Positions 36,102-50,703 of a DNA stretch of 64,000 nt are shown in pieces; position 1 is the first letter of the stretch; every line of letters starts with the position of its first letter. This stretch comes from Piromyces finnis finn. Its lineage: Eukaryota; Fungi; Neocallimastigomycota. The notes beneath the pieces were generated by a model, which was not told the origin of the DNA, did not search any database, and saw nothing but the letters and a program-made list of their open reading frames with translations. The translations under genes and the position numbers were made by a program. The stretch lies in the NCBI GenBank assembly GCA_002104945.1, contig MCFH01000001.1, forward strand, positions 496,001 through 560,000, given 5' to 3'.

Positions 36102-39100
36102 TTAATATACTCTACGTCTGAAAGATGATGTAATTAATGGAGTATGGTGATGATTTTCTGTTTTTATTGGATTCATTAAATTGTAATTATTATTTGTCAT
36201 GTTGCCATTATTTATTGTAGGATTAAGACTATCATTATGTTGACTTGGAGTTTGAAGCATAAAAGATAATGGATTTGTCATGGTTTCACTTGTTGAATAA
36301 ACACGAGTTGACTTATTATTTAATAATGAAGATGAATTCAATATGGAAGAAGAATTTACTGAATTTAGGGATTTTCTATTCATAATATTAAACGATGATA
36401 AACTATTGTCTTTATTATCGGAAGATGATTTATTTACGTTATTCAATTTAGCTGGTATGGCTGATGAAGTACTATTAAATTTTTTCAAACTTTGAGAATA
36501 ATTTAAAATGCTTTCTGTATTATTATAGTCATAATCATATTTAGCATTTGTATTACCACTTTCATTTATATTATCTTTATTATTCTCCTTTTGTAAAAGT
36601 GGATTATGTTCCATACAAGGATTTAAAACTTGACTTAATAATTCAATTCCTTTAGTATCTAAATTAAAAAGACTATACATTGTATATATAATGATTGAAA
36701 GCAATAATATATTCATAATAAAATGGTTTATTAGTTATCTTTAAAAAAAAAGCATAATAATACATAAAATAAAATAATGATTAATTTACCTTAAATATCC
36801 AGAATGTTCCAACTTAAAGAAATATAAGAAAAGACAAATGGTTTGGAATAAATTATTACGTTTCTTTTATTATAAAGAAAATTAAACAACCAAACAAAAA
36901 TAATAATAAATTAGTATTTATTCTTTATAATATATAAATTTTAAAATCATTGGTCTATTGCTATACATACTGGATAAACTCCCCAAATGCAACCTCTAGC
37001 AATAAATGAATATCTTGGTGGATACTTTTCAACTTGTTTAATTTGGATATGTTCTAAATCTATTATATAAAAAGAAATAAATTTTAATTTTTAAAATTTA
37101 TTCCATCAAACTAATTAAACAACTCCTATTTATTTAATAAAAGTATAGTTTATCAAAAAAAAAAAAAAAATACTTACATGGACTATGTTTGCCATCTTTT
37201 GAAACATAATAATCATTAGTAAAAGCATTGCTAGAACCTTGACCTGGCATTTGGAAGTCCATGTATGAACAGAATAAATGTAAAATTATCTAGAATAAAA
37301 TAATAATGATAGTAATAATAATTAATATAATTAATAAATAAAAACTTTTCTTGAACTGTATTTATATATGAAATCTACTTCAGCATCAGTTGGGAATCTT
37401 TCTTGATTCCATGCTTTTCCATTCCAATCAGAGCCACTATCCCATCTGTAAGCAGCTAAACAACCACCTCTTGCTAATGCTTTAAAAAAAAAATTTAAAA
37501 ATGATATTTATAATAATTATAATAATATAAGTAATTTGTAATGATCATATTATTTATTGTTATATAGTATTAACTTACTTTTAATTCTTTCAATTATATA
37601 TCCTCTGCAATGATAGTCACCAATCATTAAACATTTTTCTAATTTAATTCTTTCTTGAGTAAGTGGATTCTTGTGTGATTAATTAAAAAAATAAAATAAA
37701 AATTAATTATATAATTAAAATATGATAATATTAAAAGTAAAAGTAGTAATAGTAGTAGTAGCAGTAATGAATATTGAATATGATGACATTATTTTTAAAT
37801 ATATCAATATATAAAATGATTATTTATCCAAGAAATACATACATCTCCATATAATTGAATGAAATCAATTAAATTCTTTGGTTGAGCTTTAATTTGATTT
37901 TGAGAACCAAACATATTACTTGAACCACTCATTGAAAAAGTATTCATTGGTTTGTTAATTTGATTATCTATTTTGCATGACATAAATATATAACAGAAAA
38001 ATAGTTTTTACAATTGAATTAATATAAAAGTATACAAATCAAATTATATAATAATAAAAACATACTACTATTGTTAGATGATTTTAAAGAAAGAGCGGCG
38101 TTTAAGGCAGCAGCATTATCAATTAAAGAAGCATTAGTACAATTTAAAAATTCTAAATTATTATCAGCTAATAATTTATCAACAGTTTCAATTTGTTTTA
38201 CAATAGGAGTAAGAATTTTTTGAGAAAGCCACTATAAAATAATAACAATAATAGTAATAATTATAATTTATTATTTACATTTAATAGGATTAGTTTTTAA
38301 TTAAAAATATTGCTTATACATAATAAATTCATTTATTGTTACCATTTATTTTATAATTTACCTTTCTTAAATTTTCGGTCCAACAATCTAAATAAGATTC
38401 AACTTGAAGTTCATTAATAACCCATTGAGGATGCTTATATGGAAGTCCTCCAATAATTTCTGGTATAACTCTATCCATTCCAGTATTTACACTTGGAAGA
38501 GCAGATTGATAACTTGGAAGTGGCATTTGCATTCTAGATGTCATTAATGAGTAATTATTTTTTTGATTGAAATAGGTTGGCTTTTGAATTGGTGATTGAA
38601 CAACTTTTTTAAAAAAAAAAAAAAATAAAAATAAAAATAGTTATTAAATGAAGAATAATAATTATAATAATAATAATAATAATAATTTGCAATATTATAA
38701 CTATTTAAACGTTTGTGTTTTAGTTATTTAATGCATCAAAATAAAAAAAAATGAATAAATAAAAATTACTATTTGCATTTTTTTGATCATTATATTCGTC
38801 GAATAGATCATTAATAGCTTTTGGATCACGAATTGGCTCTTCATTCATTAAAACTTAATTGTGTGGTATTATTATATAAGACAATAAATTAGATTATCAT
38901 TTTTAGTGTTTATTCCCTTAAATTTTATATTATTAAATATAACTAAATATTTAAAATATTAAAAAAAAAATGAAAGAATACATGAAACATTATGACCACG
39001 AATAGGACTTTCAGTGACAGTATACTTAATTTTTGATTGTTTAGATGGTGTAGATGAACTTAATTGTTTTTCCTTCATTGGTGTTAAAGAAAGGAAGGTT

Positions 39101-40540
39101 GATGGTCTCTTCTTAATAGCACTATTATAAATAAAAATAAACAATAACAACATTAAATGTTATATATATTTGTATTATATAGTAGTTTTATATTTTTCAA
39201 ATGTAAAATATATAAAAAAATAAATTAAAATAATTACGCATTTTTATTTTTTGCGATAATCATATCCTTGGTCTTCTTAACTTCAGGAGTAGTCTAAAAA
39301 AAAAAATGAAATTCAAAATTATTATATATATTATAATTAGCAAAATATATATATTTATAATAAAATGATATGTATAAAGCACTAACTAAATCAGTTTCCT
39401 TATTTTCAGCTGATTTTCTTAAGTCTTTATATTTAATATAATAAATTGATTAGCATATAATTATATATAATAACATTATTTGAAATATTATTGTATTTAA
39501 AAATTCAACCTACCATTAGTTTTCTTTTCACTTTTTAATAACAAAGCTCTATTATTAATTGCCTTTAAAATACATTCGGCAATATTGTATAGGCTAAAGA
39601 AAATCAATACACCAACTATAAAATATATAAATTTATATTAAAATAGTACAATATATTCATTATGTTAATTGGTATCTCAATCACTTTTAGATAATCTTAA
39701 TTTAAAATACTATACTAAGCCACAACTATTCTTATTATACTTACAGGTAATCTTTAAAAGTGGTTGTCCATAAGCAATATTACTTAATTTATTACTGAAT
39801 GCGCTATATAATAGCATTAAAAAAAAAGTATAAATAAATTATAATGACAAAGACGTTTTATAAATAACTTTTAATTCCTACCTTAATAATCCCTTATACC
39901 AAGAAAAAATTATTAAAGCAAAAACAAAAAGATTAAAATATAATTTCGTTTTAGAAACATCAGTATATCCTTTTAATGAACGTAATTTTAATTCTTCGTA
40001 AAATTCAGATCTTTCCCATTTTCCATATAATTTCTTTTTTGTTGGAACTTCCTTTTTATTGTCATTAATATTTTTCATAACTGGTCTAAAAAGAATATCT
40101 TTGATTCTTAAAGAAGAACTCTTTGAAGTATCTTTTGATCTTGTGCGGTAATTTGAAACACCAGATCTTGGAGTAATATAAGGAGTATATTTTGGTGTGG
40201 TAGTTGGAAATGGTGTATTCACATAGGGTGTAGTCATTGGGAATGGAGTTTGAGAAGTAGTTGTCATAGTACTAGTACCCTTTAAAACAGAACCTGGAAC
40301 ATTTGTATGATATGGGGTTGAAGAGTATCTTTGATTTAAAATTGAATTTTGATGTTCTAATATTGAAGAAGAACGTAAAACACTTGGTTCTTTTTGAACT
40401 GGAGTGATAAAACTATTTTGAATTTTGGTGGAGTAGGATCTTAATTTTGGTGAACTAAGTGATGGTGATTTTAAAGGATTATATGAGGTAATTGGTTGTT
40501 TACCAGGTGTCTCTAATTTTTTATTGTCAAAAAAAGCCAT
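36102..40540 (-). CDS. TMEM209: TMEM209-like nuclear-envelope membrane protein (CytochromB561_N family), multi-exon
   Basis: TM segments, then YLDCWTENLRKWLSQKILTPIVKQIETVD, GYIIERIKALARGGCLAAYRWDSG..FPTDAEIILHLFCSYMD, YPPRY and KRNNLFQTICLFLY. These parallel recalled TMEM209 motifs (WTANFRNWI..ILVPLV; EYLFERIKELSQGGCM; LPTDSAIIMHVFCTYLD; GRNNMFHTLLMFLY). Confidence 0.8.
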
Positions 40541-42992
40541 GTTGTTTAATATAATAGATAAATGATAATTCTCTAAATATTAAAATTAATGACTATATAT
40601 AAAATTATAAAGGATGAAATTATTAATATCAATTTTGATAATTCTTTAAAAAATGAAAAATAAATTAATATATAAAACAAATGATGTTCTATAATAATTG
40701 TATTTTCAAGTTTTATTTATAAGTGTATATACAATCAAATCCAAATTCAATAAATATTTAATTATATATATATATATATATATATTTTAAAATGATAAAA
40801 AAGATTATAATAAATTTGTGAATATAAATTGATGAAATAAAATGTGTTAGATATTTATAAATTTCTTTGTATGTTTCCAATGATATACTATTATATTTTG
40901 TATTTTGACTTTTATAAATAGATTATTTGATGAAATGTCAAATTTGATTTAATTATTAAAATTTTAAAATTGATTTTATTTTCATCTATCAAAAATATAA
41001 AGCAGATACTGTAAGTTTGATAATTTCTATTAATGATATTTTAACATTATAAGCTATTTATTATTAATTATCCATAAAATTAATTATTATATTGAAAATT
41101 TTTTGTCGAATAAATTTATATAAAATTTTAAAATTTCTGTTCTTAAGATTACAGATTTTTATATTAAAATACTTTTTTTTTTCAAAAAGTATATATTTTC
41201 TTCTTTAATATAAATATTTATTATTTTAACTTTCTTTTCACAATATTAATGAAATTATTAATGTTGGAGCAAAAGTGATGAATCCATTAGTATTTTGAAT
41301 TTCAATTCCAATAATTCTTTGATTTTTGATGATTTAATCATTATTTATATATAAAATATACATTGATTAATACCTTTTAATAATTAATAATATAATGATA
41401 TATCTAAAAAATAATAATAAAATCAATTAAAACTTATAATAACAATAAATTTATAAATAGATTTTATATATATATATATTTAAATATATTTTATATATAG
41501 CTTGTCAAAATTATTATTAAAAAAAAAGTATTCTTTTCTGAAAAAAATAGGTAAAAAAAAAAATATTTAGTGATTAAAATTTTGTTGGTACTTTGTATTA
41601 ATGTAAGAATTTTACGTAAACATTTTATGTATTGTATTTACGGGTTAGAATAAGGTTAAAGGGTTATGTCCTATAGAAAATATAACTATAAAAATTATAA
41701 TACTTTTACATGTTTTTATAAAGAAAGAAATAAAATAAAATAACAAATAAACAAACTTGTATTTAAAAATAGAGTGAGGAATCGATTAGTTTAATTTTAT
41801 AATGTTTATTTTCTAGTATTTTTTCTTATAGATAAAGAAGTTATGAAGGCAAAAACAAAAAAAAAGACTTCGAAAATATTAATCTTTTTTTAAAATTTAA
41901 ATAGAAAATTTTCGATATAGTATAAAACTTTAGATAGCTTTTATAAGGATATATTTATTGGTAGTTTTTTAATTATGTATGAATAACAAAAATAAATAAT
42001 TATAAATGTTAAATATTTTTTTCTTTCTTTTTTTTCTTTTTCTTTTTTTTGTTTTTTTAGGTATTTCTATTTTTTAATTATTTAACTTTTGAAAAATTTT
42101 ACGAACCCTAACCTTTAATATTATATATATATATTAAAAATTTTTTTAAATATCTTACAACTTTAATTTGAAAATTTATTTTTACTTCAGCAGCAACAAA
42201 TATAGATAGGTAAAATATTTCATAATTGAAATGCATGGTTATTTTATGCTTATAAGAATTAATAAAAGTCCAAAATTAATAAATTGATAATAATAATAAT
42301 ACCTGTAAAAAATTTTTTAAAATATATTGAAATTATTATTATTATTATATAAGATTGTGTAATAATGCTATCTTAACTGAAATAATTATTGTTTAAAATA
42401 ATTTCATTCAAATTACTATGTGTAAAGGAAATTTTTCATAACTTATTTTATAATTGATTTTAATTCCAAACTGAAAATCTGACCTTAATACCTAATTACA
42501 AATATCATTTAAACAACAACAGTAACAATAGTTAAAATAATATTTTATTTTTTCGGGTCTAATTCGAAATCCGATGATAAAAATGAGGTCAATTTATAAC
42601 AACATTCAACATTCAATTCATAAAGTTGATATATAAACATGAACTATGATTAATTCATTTTATTTTTATTTTTATTATTATTAATACTATTTATTTATTT
42701 ATTTTATTTATTTATTTATTTATTTTTTTTTTCATTAATACAATTTTCATTTTAGTATTACAAAAATAATTATAAAGTGTATAATTTACAAATACCCTTC
42801 ATAAGAAATTAATACATATTTTTATATTTTTATAATATATATAGGATATTTATATATTTATTTTATTAAAGCACTTTATCAAGTTTAAAAAAAACCCATA
42901 CTTTATATATATATCATATATTATATATATATATAAAATTCAATACTATCGTACTATCAAAATAAATTCTTAATATACAAAATAAATACAAA

Positions 42993-45122
42993 ATGTCTGA
43001 ACCAAATCCGGAAAAAATACCAATCCCAACTTTTTATGAAACCTTTTCTCTTAGATTTGGAAAAAGTAACAGTCAAGTTGAAGAAGATGTAGATGTATTT
43101 AGTTTGGATACCGCTGCTTTTATTGAAAAATATGGTAATTTTTAAAAGCAAAAAAGAAAAAAGAACGGATAGTAACAATAACAATATTGTTGATTTATAA
43201 AATTTTATATATAGAATTTATTAATATCAAAGCATCCATGAATATTTAATAGATAATTATTATTTTTTAAACTTTTTTTTACATATAATATTAAATATTA
43301 TAAAAATTTTAATATATAATTAATATAAAAAATTAATCACCATCATCATCATAATAAAAAAGATGCTAATACCAAAGATTTAAATAAAAGAAAAAGTAAA
43401 ATCATTGCTAAAAGGTTACATATGGAATCTATTTGTATTTATTCAAAAGTCGATCCATGGCCATGGTACAAATATGTTGAGGTAAAAAAAAAAAATTGTA
43501 TATAAACTTTCCAAAAGGAAAGCTCAAAAAAGGTTAACCTATTAAATTAATTATTATATCTATTTATAATTATTTAAATAATAATATATAATGTATATAA
43601 TATATGCGTATAATGTAGTATGGTTTAATGAGTACATTTATCATGCCAATAAGAGCAGTAATATCAAGTTTAACGGTTGCTTGCTGTTGGTCATTAATGA
43701 CACCAGCCCGTTTATTTGAAAATTTAGAAAAAAAATATATTGAAAATCCAGAATCTGAACACTACGGTAAAAAAGTTCATCGTATACCTAAACCAAAATG
43801 GAGACGTATTATGATTGATGTTTTAACTAGAACTGCATCAAAAATTACATTATTCATGGGTTTAGGATTTTATAATATTAAAGTTAAAGATTTAAGAAAA
43901 AAAGATAAAAATGGAAAACCAATTACATCACCATTGATTATTTCCAATCATAATTCATTGGTTGATGTATTAGGTATTATTGCTTATTATGATACCACAC
44001 CAAGTTTCCTTGCAATGGTATATAATAAATATTAAATATAAATATATATATATATATATAGTGATGTAACTGTTAAGTATTCATTATTATCATTATTTTT
44101 AATAGAAATGGGTTGACAATACTCCATTTATTGGTTCAATTGCTAATGCTATGGTAAGAAAAATATATATATATTGGCATATATATAATTTATAAAAAAC
44201 TAATTTTATATATATTATATTGTAAAATAAATATTATTTTAGCAATGTGTTTTTGTTGAAAGTAATAAAAGAAATAATTTAACTGAAGAAATTAAATTAA
44301 GATCAAAAGAAAGTTTACACTATGGTATATATCTTTGTTAATTTAAACACATTTCAAGTATTAATTAAAAATTATAAATCATAAATACTCAAAAGGTTTT
44401 ATGACTAATTTTTTATTTTAATTTAACATTTTAATAGATTTACCACCTTTAACTATTTTCCCTGAAGGTACTACAACTAATGGTGATTATTTAAGTAAGG
44501 ATCGATGAAATTAAGAGTTAATTATTTTTAAATAATATTGATTTTATTAGTGTATTGATTTTTATTTTATTAATTAACAATGCCTTATAAATATAAAAGT
44601 TGATTTTAAATATGGTGCTTTCTATCCACATTTTCCAGTTCAACCAATTGCTATAAAATACAAATACAAATATTATAATCCAAGTTTTGTTATTGATAAT
44701 ATTGTCCAATATGCTCTTAAGACGGCAATGCAATTTAGAAATGATATGGAAATCATTATTTTACCAGTGATTGAACCAGAAACAGAAGAAGAGAAAACAG
44801 ATGTTAAAGTTTGGACCGAAAAGAATTATAAAGTATGATTTAATAAATTTATTTTTTTTTTTTTAATTTATATCTATCTATTTATCTATCTATCTATTTT
44901 TAATATTAAAAATATTATTATTATTTTAATCTTTTATTATAATAGATTCTTGCTAAAGAGTTAGGCGTTCCAGAAGATAGATGTTGTACAAGACCACAAA
45001 AAATGCTTTATTTAGATTATATTAGAGGCAAGGCAGATTTTGAAACTACTGAACAAAAAATAAATGAAATTTATAATAAAAAACTTGAAGTTTTAAAACA
45101 AGAGAAAAAACACCAAGAATAA
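42993..45122 (+). CDS. Lysophospholipid acyltransferase (LPCAT/LPEAT-like, PlsC domain), multi-exon
   Basis: IISNHNSLVD (HxxxxD), PSFLA, FIGSIANAMQCVFVES, LTIFPEGTTTNG, KYGAFYPHFPVQPIAIKY; N-terminal hydrophobic segment; stop TAA 45120-45122. Confidence 0.9.
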
Positions 45123-45145
45123 TAAATATATAATTAATAATAAAG

Positions 45146-45390
<245 letters not shown>

Positions 45391-46212
45391 TAGAATAATA
45401 ATCATAATCATAATGAAATTAACATTCATAAAACTATAAAGTAATTCTCATTTATTTTATATAAATAAATAAGAAAAATAAATATTTATTAAAATATCAA
45501 GATGGAATATAAATCTTTTTTTTGTGCCAATAGTAGAATTTTTTGATTCATATTTAATACATTCATTCATATAGTGAACTTTAATAATTATATTTCTTTT
45601 AAAGTGTGATTTATTCATATTAGTTATTTGAATTATTATTTATTAATTTTTCAAATACATAATTCAATATTTAATTTCACTTTTTTTATTTTTTTGTGCT
45701 ATTAATTAAAAAGTATTAATACGATATATTTGTTTTTAATAATTGAAGAAGCAGAATTAAGAATAAAGTAAAAATTCATTATATTAAAACTCTATAAACT
45801 TTATAAAATTTCATATTCAATTTAAAATTTATTATAAATTAATAATTCTTATATAATTTATATATCCATGCAATTTAAAGTTTATTGCAAAACTTTAATT
45901 CAATAATAATAAACTTTTTGTTTTTTATTATTGTAATTGATTATTAAAATAATAAAATTTGAGAAAAAAAAGTATTTTTGTTTTTATATCTAGGATCTAG
46001 GTAAAAAGATATTGAAATAAAAAAGAAGAATTTAACTTGGCAAATTAAATTTTATTTAAATTCAATTAGGAAAAAGAGTTATCGTTATAATGTTTTAAAA
46101 TACATTTTTTTTTTTTTTTTTGAAAAAAAATTTTTAATTACTTTAATAAAATATTTTTTTATAAGAAAAATAAAAGTTATATAGAACAATAAATCTATTT
46201 TATTTGTATATC

Positions 46213-49200
46213 ATGCCTCAATCTAATTCAAAAAAAGAATTTCCATATCCCGAGCATATTCAATATTGGCCATATGCTGAAGAGCAATATAGTCGAACGT
46301 TGAATACTTTTGGACGATTTAAATCATGGAAAAATGTTATTGTTGTATGTTGATATTTCAGTACATATTATGTTTTTATTTTCTGATAGGATATAGATAT
46401 TTTTATTATCATCATTTTATTTTTAGTTTTTAATTAAAACAATTTTATTATTTTATTATTTATTTATTATTTTTTTTTTTTTAAAAAGGGGATAATAGAA
46501 TTTTTTGAAAAAGTTGAAAATTTAGATAATTGTTATTCTAAACAATATTCAAAATTGGCTTCAGTTTTAGAACCTTCAGAATTTGAAAATTGTGAGTAAT
46601 CTAAACTTATATAAACATAAAAATAATATTAGTTTTTTTTTTTTTTTTTTTTCGTAATATTTATTATGATAATCTATTATTCTCTAACATATATATGTAT
46701 ATTATTATTATTATTATTATTGAATAAACTAATAAATTAACATAAAAAATTTACTGTTGAATAAAAATGAAAAGGTGGATCATTTAAAAGTCTTGAACCC
46801 ATATATAATTCAGCTAAAAAAATTGGTATTAATTATTTATATTCTAGTAATGTAATTAGGGAAGTTATTATTCAAAAGTTAAATGAATTAAAAAATGGAT
46901 TAATTAAAAAATCAAAGGTATTTAAATGATAACATTATCATCAATTTTCTCTAAATTTTTCTTTTTTAAAAAACTATATAAATATAAATAAGTATAATAT
47001 CCTATTAAAATTATAATATTCCTTTTTTTATTTCATTTATTTATTCTTTTTTGCCATTATTTTCAACAATTTATTATTCAATTAATTGTTCATTTATTAT
47101 TTATAACATTCATTAAAAATTACGTTCCAAAATAAAAAAAATAATGATAGAAATATAAACAAGACTTTTTAGAAGAATTTGCAAAAATTTCTAAAATTCG
47201 TTCAGAAACCTTAGTTTCCATTAATAATCATCAAAATTTAACTTTAGCAAAAATGAAATCAGCTTCATTAGAAATTACAGATCCATGGTTATCGGAAAGG
47301 TAAAATATAAATAAAAATCAAAAAATGAACATAATTCATATAATATTTATATATATATTTAAATTATAATTTTATTAGTAATAAAATAATGTTTAGTAAA
47401 CAATTATTTTAAATAAATATTTAATAAAACACTATTATGCTAATTTATTATGTCTTTTTGTAATTTTAACTAGAGCATTAATTAATCAATTAGAAAAAAT
47501 GCTGAAAGATGAAAATGATTATCAATGTAGAATGAATGAAATATTTGAAGATATGGAGGAATTTGATCAACATATTGTAAATCAACTTCAAAATGTATTC
47601 GATGAATATAATTCAAATAAAAATAAAGAATGTAATGATGTAAAGGTAAAAAAAAAAAAAAGTTAAACGATAATGATAATTATAAATAATTTTTAAATTT
47701 TAAAAGTGAATAACTAATATAGAAATGGTATAATATTATTATTACATATAATATACAATAATAATATATATTATTGTAGTTAAATTTACAAAATACTTCA
47801 AATGTAGGTAATATGGTAACACCAAATAAACCATTTTCTTATTTCACAAAAAAATATAGTATTACTTCCAGTGATTTATGGACTACACAACGTACTCTAG
47901 ATAATTTTGTTTATAAATTAGTTAATGTTAAAATATTAAAAGAAGGTGTTCTTTATCGTCAAGGGAATTACATTTCTAGTAATTGGAAACCATCATGGCT
48001 TGTTTTAACAGGTAAATTATAGAAGTAGCTTTTTTATATCCTAATTTATATTATTACATATTAGGGAAATAAGAAATATGAAATTAACTTTAGATTTTAT
48101 TTATACCTATCCATTTATCCACATATATATATAATTTGTTAATATTTTTAAAATTCGATGAAACTTCATTAAATCAATGACAACAATATTCATAATATTC
48201 ATAAAAACAACAACAACAACAACAACAACAAAATAATAGATACAGGCTATTTACATTGTTTTAATTTAAAACTTTCAAAATGTACTATTAGAGAATTCAC
48301 TATAAATAAGAAAGGAACAGGCGAGAATATATTACAGGCAGGAAAAGATACTTATATGAATACAGATAAAGTTAAAACAAATTTTAGGTATATATAATTT
48401 ACTTGATTGAAAATAAATACTTTACTTTTCCTCATTGTATAAAACATATTACATTATTTAGAAGTAATAGGATTAATAATAATGATATTATATGTTATAA
48501 TATAAATATATACTCTCCAAATTTATTATAGTATACAGTTAAGATCACCAAGAGTGGTTGCAGTCAATTCTACTCGAGTAAAAGATAGTGACCCTGAATA
48601 CATTTTTGATATCATAGTTAATAATTCTGCTTTCAATGTTGTACCGCCATCGTCTGAATCTAATGATGGCAATGAAGCAGGATTACCTAATAATAGTAGT
48701 AACAATGATAATACTACCACTACCACTACCACTTCCACTATCAATAATAATAAAGTTAAAAAGGCTAAATCAAATAAGAATCAAGAAATTCATTCATTAC
48801 GTTGTGATACCAATGAAATACTAGTAAATATAAAAAAGTTATATAATATTAAATCTTATAGCATCTATATTATTAAAATTTACATTTTTGCATATTATTG
48901 TACTATAAATAAATATAGGAAGATTGGTTGAATATTATTAACCTTAAATTAAAAGATATGCCAGTTGAAGTTCAACCATGTAATTATTACCTATTTAATT
49001 ACTAATTTTGTCATATAATATAAAATTGTAAATATTAAAATATTAAAATATACCATCTATTATTTATTCTTTTTATACATATTCTTTTAGCTATTATTGC
49101 ATCTACTGAAGTAGTCAATTTAACTAATACTATTAATAACAAAAATATAATTATTAAAAATAATCATGTAATGGGAGGTGGTACTATTCCTAACGATTCA

Positions 49201-49653
49201 AATAATTATTCATTAGATGAAAATAATCAATATTCTGATAATAATAATAATATTTCTTCAAATGAAGAAATTGATGAGGGAGAGAATGATAATACTCCTT
49301 TGAATGGTCAAATTTATCCACCATTTAAATCAATGGCTACGTTAATTGAAGAGGTGAATAATGTAAATGAATCACTTAAACAGCAGGAACCAAGTGTTCC
49401 TTCATTACGAAATCAAAATCCAACTATTAAATCCATTAAATCTAGCGAATCCATTAAATATTATCTTGATAGTAATAAACGTCCGAAGAATGAATCTGGA
49501 TTAAATCCAGAAATAAATGAAATGCTGACTCAAAATATTCTTACTAGTGATATCAATATTGGAACAGATGTAGATGCTTTAACAAAGACTATAAACTATT
49601 TTTGTCAAGATAACGGTAGTAGTGATATGACTTTAAACCAACCAATAGTTTAG
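46213..49653 (+). CDS. Slm1-like BAR/F-BAR plus PH domain protein, multi-exon
   Basis: N-terminal helical region (GRFKSWKNVIVGIIEFFEKVENLDNCYSKQYSKL, DPWLSERALINQLEKMLKDENDYQ), then PH motifs ILKEGVLYRQGNYISSNWKPSWLVLT-GYLHCF and HSLRCDTNE..DWLNII. Architecture resembles fungal Slm1/2; orthology is not established. Confidence 0.72.
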
Positions 49654-50516
49654 ATATTATTAGTAAATTTATTTGAAATGAGGATAAATAATATATTTTT
49701 ATTTTAACATCCCATATAATGTTTAATATATATAATAATTTAAAAAAAAAACAACAAAATATAATATATATATAAATTCTTTTAAAAATCCAATTTAGTA
49801 TTTAGTTTATATGTATTTTTTTTCATTTATAAAAAAAAATTAATATTTAAATATTATTATTAGTTATGTAGATATACATATAAATCAATAAAAAATCTAA
49901 TGCAAAAAGGATACTTTAAATATACAATGTTGCTCAATGTTCTATCGTTTTAACCTTGAAAAGTGAACTATTGATATAGGAATTATTATTGATTAATTTT
50001 TTATTCAAGAATATTATAAGATTAGGGTTAGGTTTTAAATATTTTGAAATAAAGCAACTTATATCACTTTAATATAAAAACACTGACATGGATGGCATTT
50101 CTATGTGTTCATTGTAATTTATCAAATACTATCATCTAATATAAAAAAAAAAATTATTTATATTATTTATGGGGGTTAGTATATAATAAATACAATATGA
50201 AGAAAGAAATATAAAAAAAATAGTTTAAAAAAGAGGTTGAATCTACCATTTTGTTTCAATTTGTCAATAGTTTATGTTTATGTACACTTTTTTTTTTTTG
50301 CATGCATAAACTTTATTTTATATTGTTTTATGCCGTTTTATTATTATTTTTTTTATAATTTATTTGAACATTTAATGAAATATTTTTTGATGTTAGAAAA
50401 GACACATTTAATATTATTAAAGTTAGGATAATAATGGCACAAAAAATTTTTAATTTTATATTTATTAATATTTGAAACAAGATAAAACAATAGCCTCTAA
50501 AATTTTCATGTAATGT

Positions 50517-50703
50517 ATACATACATATATACATACATCATACATACATACATACATAAATAAATAAATAAATAAATAAATAGATAGATAAATAAATAAA
50601 TAAATAAGTAAATAAATAAATCAATCAATCAATCAATAAATCAATAAATAAATACATAAATAAATCAATCAATAAATAAATCAATAAGTAAATAAATAAA
50701 TAA
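50517..50703. repeat. Mosaic tetranucleotide microsatellite (ACAT/AAAT/AGAT/AATC units)
   Basis: In-register 4-nt units with block-wise single-base substitutions. Confidence 0.9.

Noticed and set aside
41275-41340. GTGATGA resembling a snoRNA C box
   Set aside because: No downstream CTGA D box or terminal stem at a suitable distance.
42553-42574. TCGGGT-N10-ATCCGA hairpin / CGG-N14-CCG, a possible Zn2Cys6 site upstream of the acyltransferase
   Set aside because: Single short occurrence with a G-T pair; cannot be separated from chance.
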